Shown piece by piece: positions 63,703 through 64,000 of a stretch of 64,000 nt of DNA (its first letter is position 1; the number at the start of each line of letters is the position of its first letter). Under the pieces are notes generated by a model, which saw only the letters and a list, made by a program, of their open reading frames with translations, did no database searches and was not told the DNA's origin. The position numbers were made by a program, and so were the translations under genes. This stretch comes from Okamejei kenojei (Eukaryota), in assembly GCA_035221665.1 (NCBI GenBank), contig CM069142.1, positions 124,001 to 188,000 on the forward strand, in the 5' to 3' direction.

Positions 63703-64000
63703 TCAAAAGCACTTGAACAATGGGTTGGGAAGAAAGCCAAACTGTAAGAAAGAGGACTGCGCCTCCTTTTCAAGAGCAGCCAGCTCTTGCACGGTCAGTG
63801 CCAAAGCATCAACATGACCCTTAAACGTGCTACCTCCCGTTGTTCTTTTTCTGATGTACCATAAACTACTTCCTTGACCACTTCAAATTCATCCACTGGA
63901 ATTTTTAGGTCAGGCTCAACTTGAGAGATGATGACATTCAAGTGCTCTTCAACTTCAGTCAACAACTGCATTTCACTTGATAGTATACCTTCCCCTCAGT
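63703..64000 (-). pseudogene. DDX1: DDX1 (DEAD-box helicase 1) C-terminal pseudogene fragment, likely a retrocopy
   Basis: Translates [30 protein letters not shown]..[frameshift]..[44 protein letters not shown], which I recognise from memory as the vertebrate DDX1 C-terminus. Confidence 0.85.

Overview
Repeat-rich vertebrate genomic DNA, most likely from a cartilaginous fish (skate/ray-like; inferred from the HE1-type tRNA SINE, CR1 LINE and Penelope repeat content). There are two assembly gaps, and the first ~15 kb looks error-prone. Two intron-containing immunoglobulin-superfamily genes lie in tandem on the minus strand. Gene A is a complete 6-exon, ~319-aa receptor (leader, germline VJ-type V domain, C1 domain, TM, two cytoplasmic exons; 36556->25426). 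Gene B is a B7/butyrophilin-like V+C gene (61656->59986). Its V domain lacks the canonical F-strand cysteine, and I found no TM exon, only a candidate short soluble tail at 50023->49971. Also present: a frameshifted DDX1 C-terminal pseudogene fragment at the right edge, a promoter-like array of six CCAAT boxes near 6.7 kb, a full-length degenerate DIRS element in a CR1>DIRS>CR1 nest, two Tc1/mariner elements, one clear and one probable solo LTR, L1 and Penelope remnants, foldback palindromes, and many short Penelope-associated repeats carrying a minimal hammerhead-ribozyme core.
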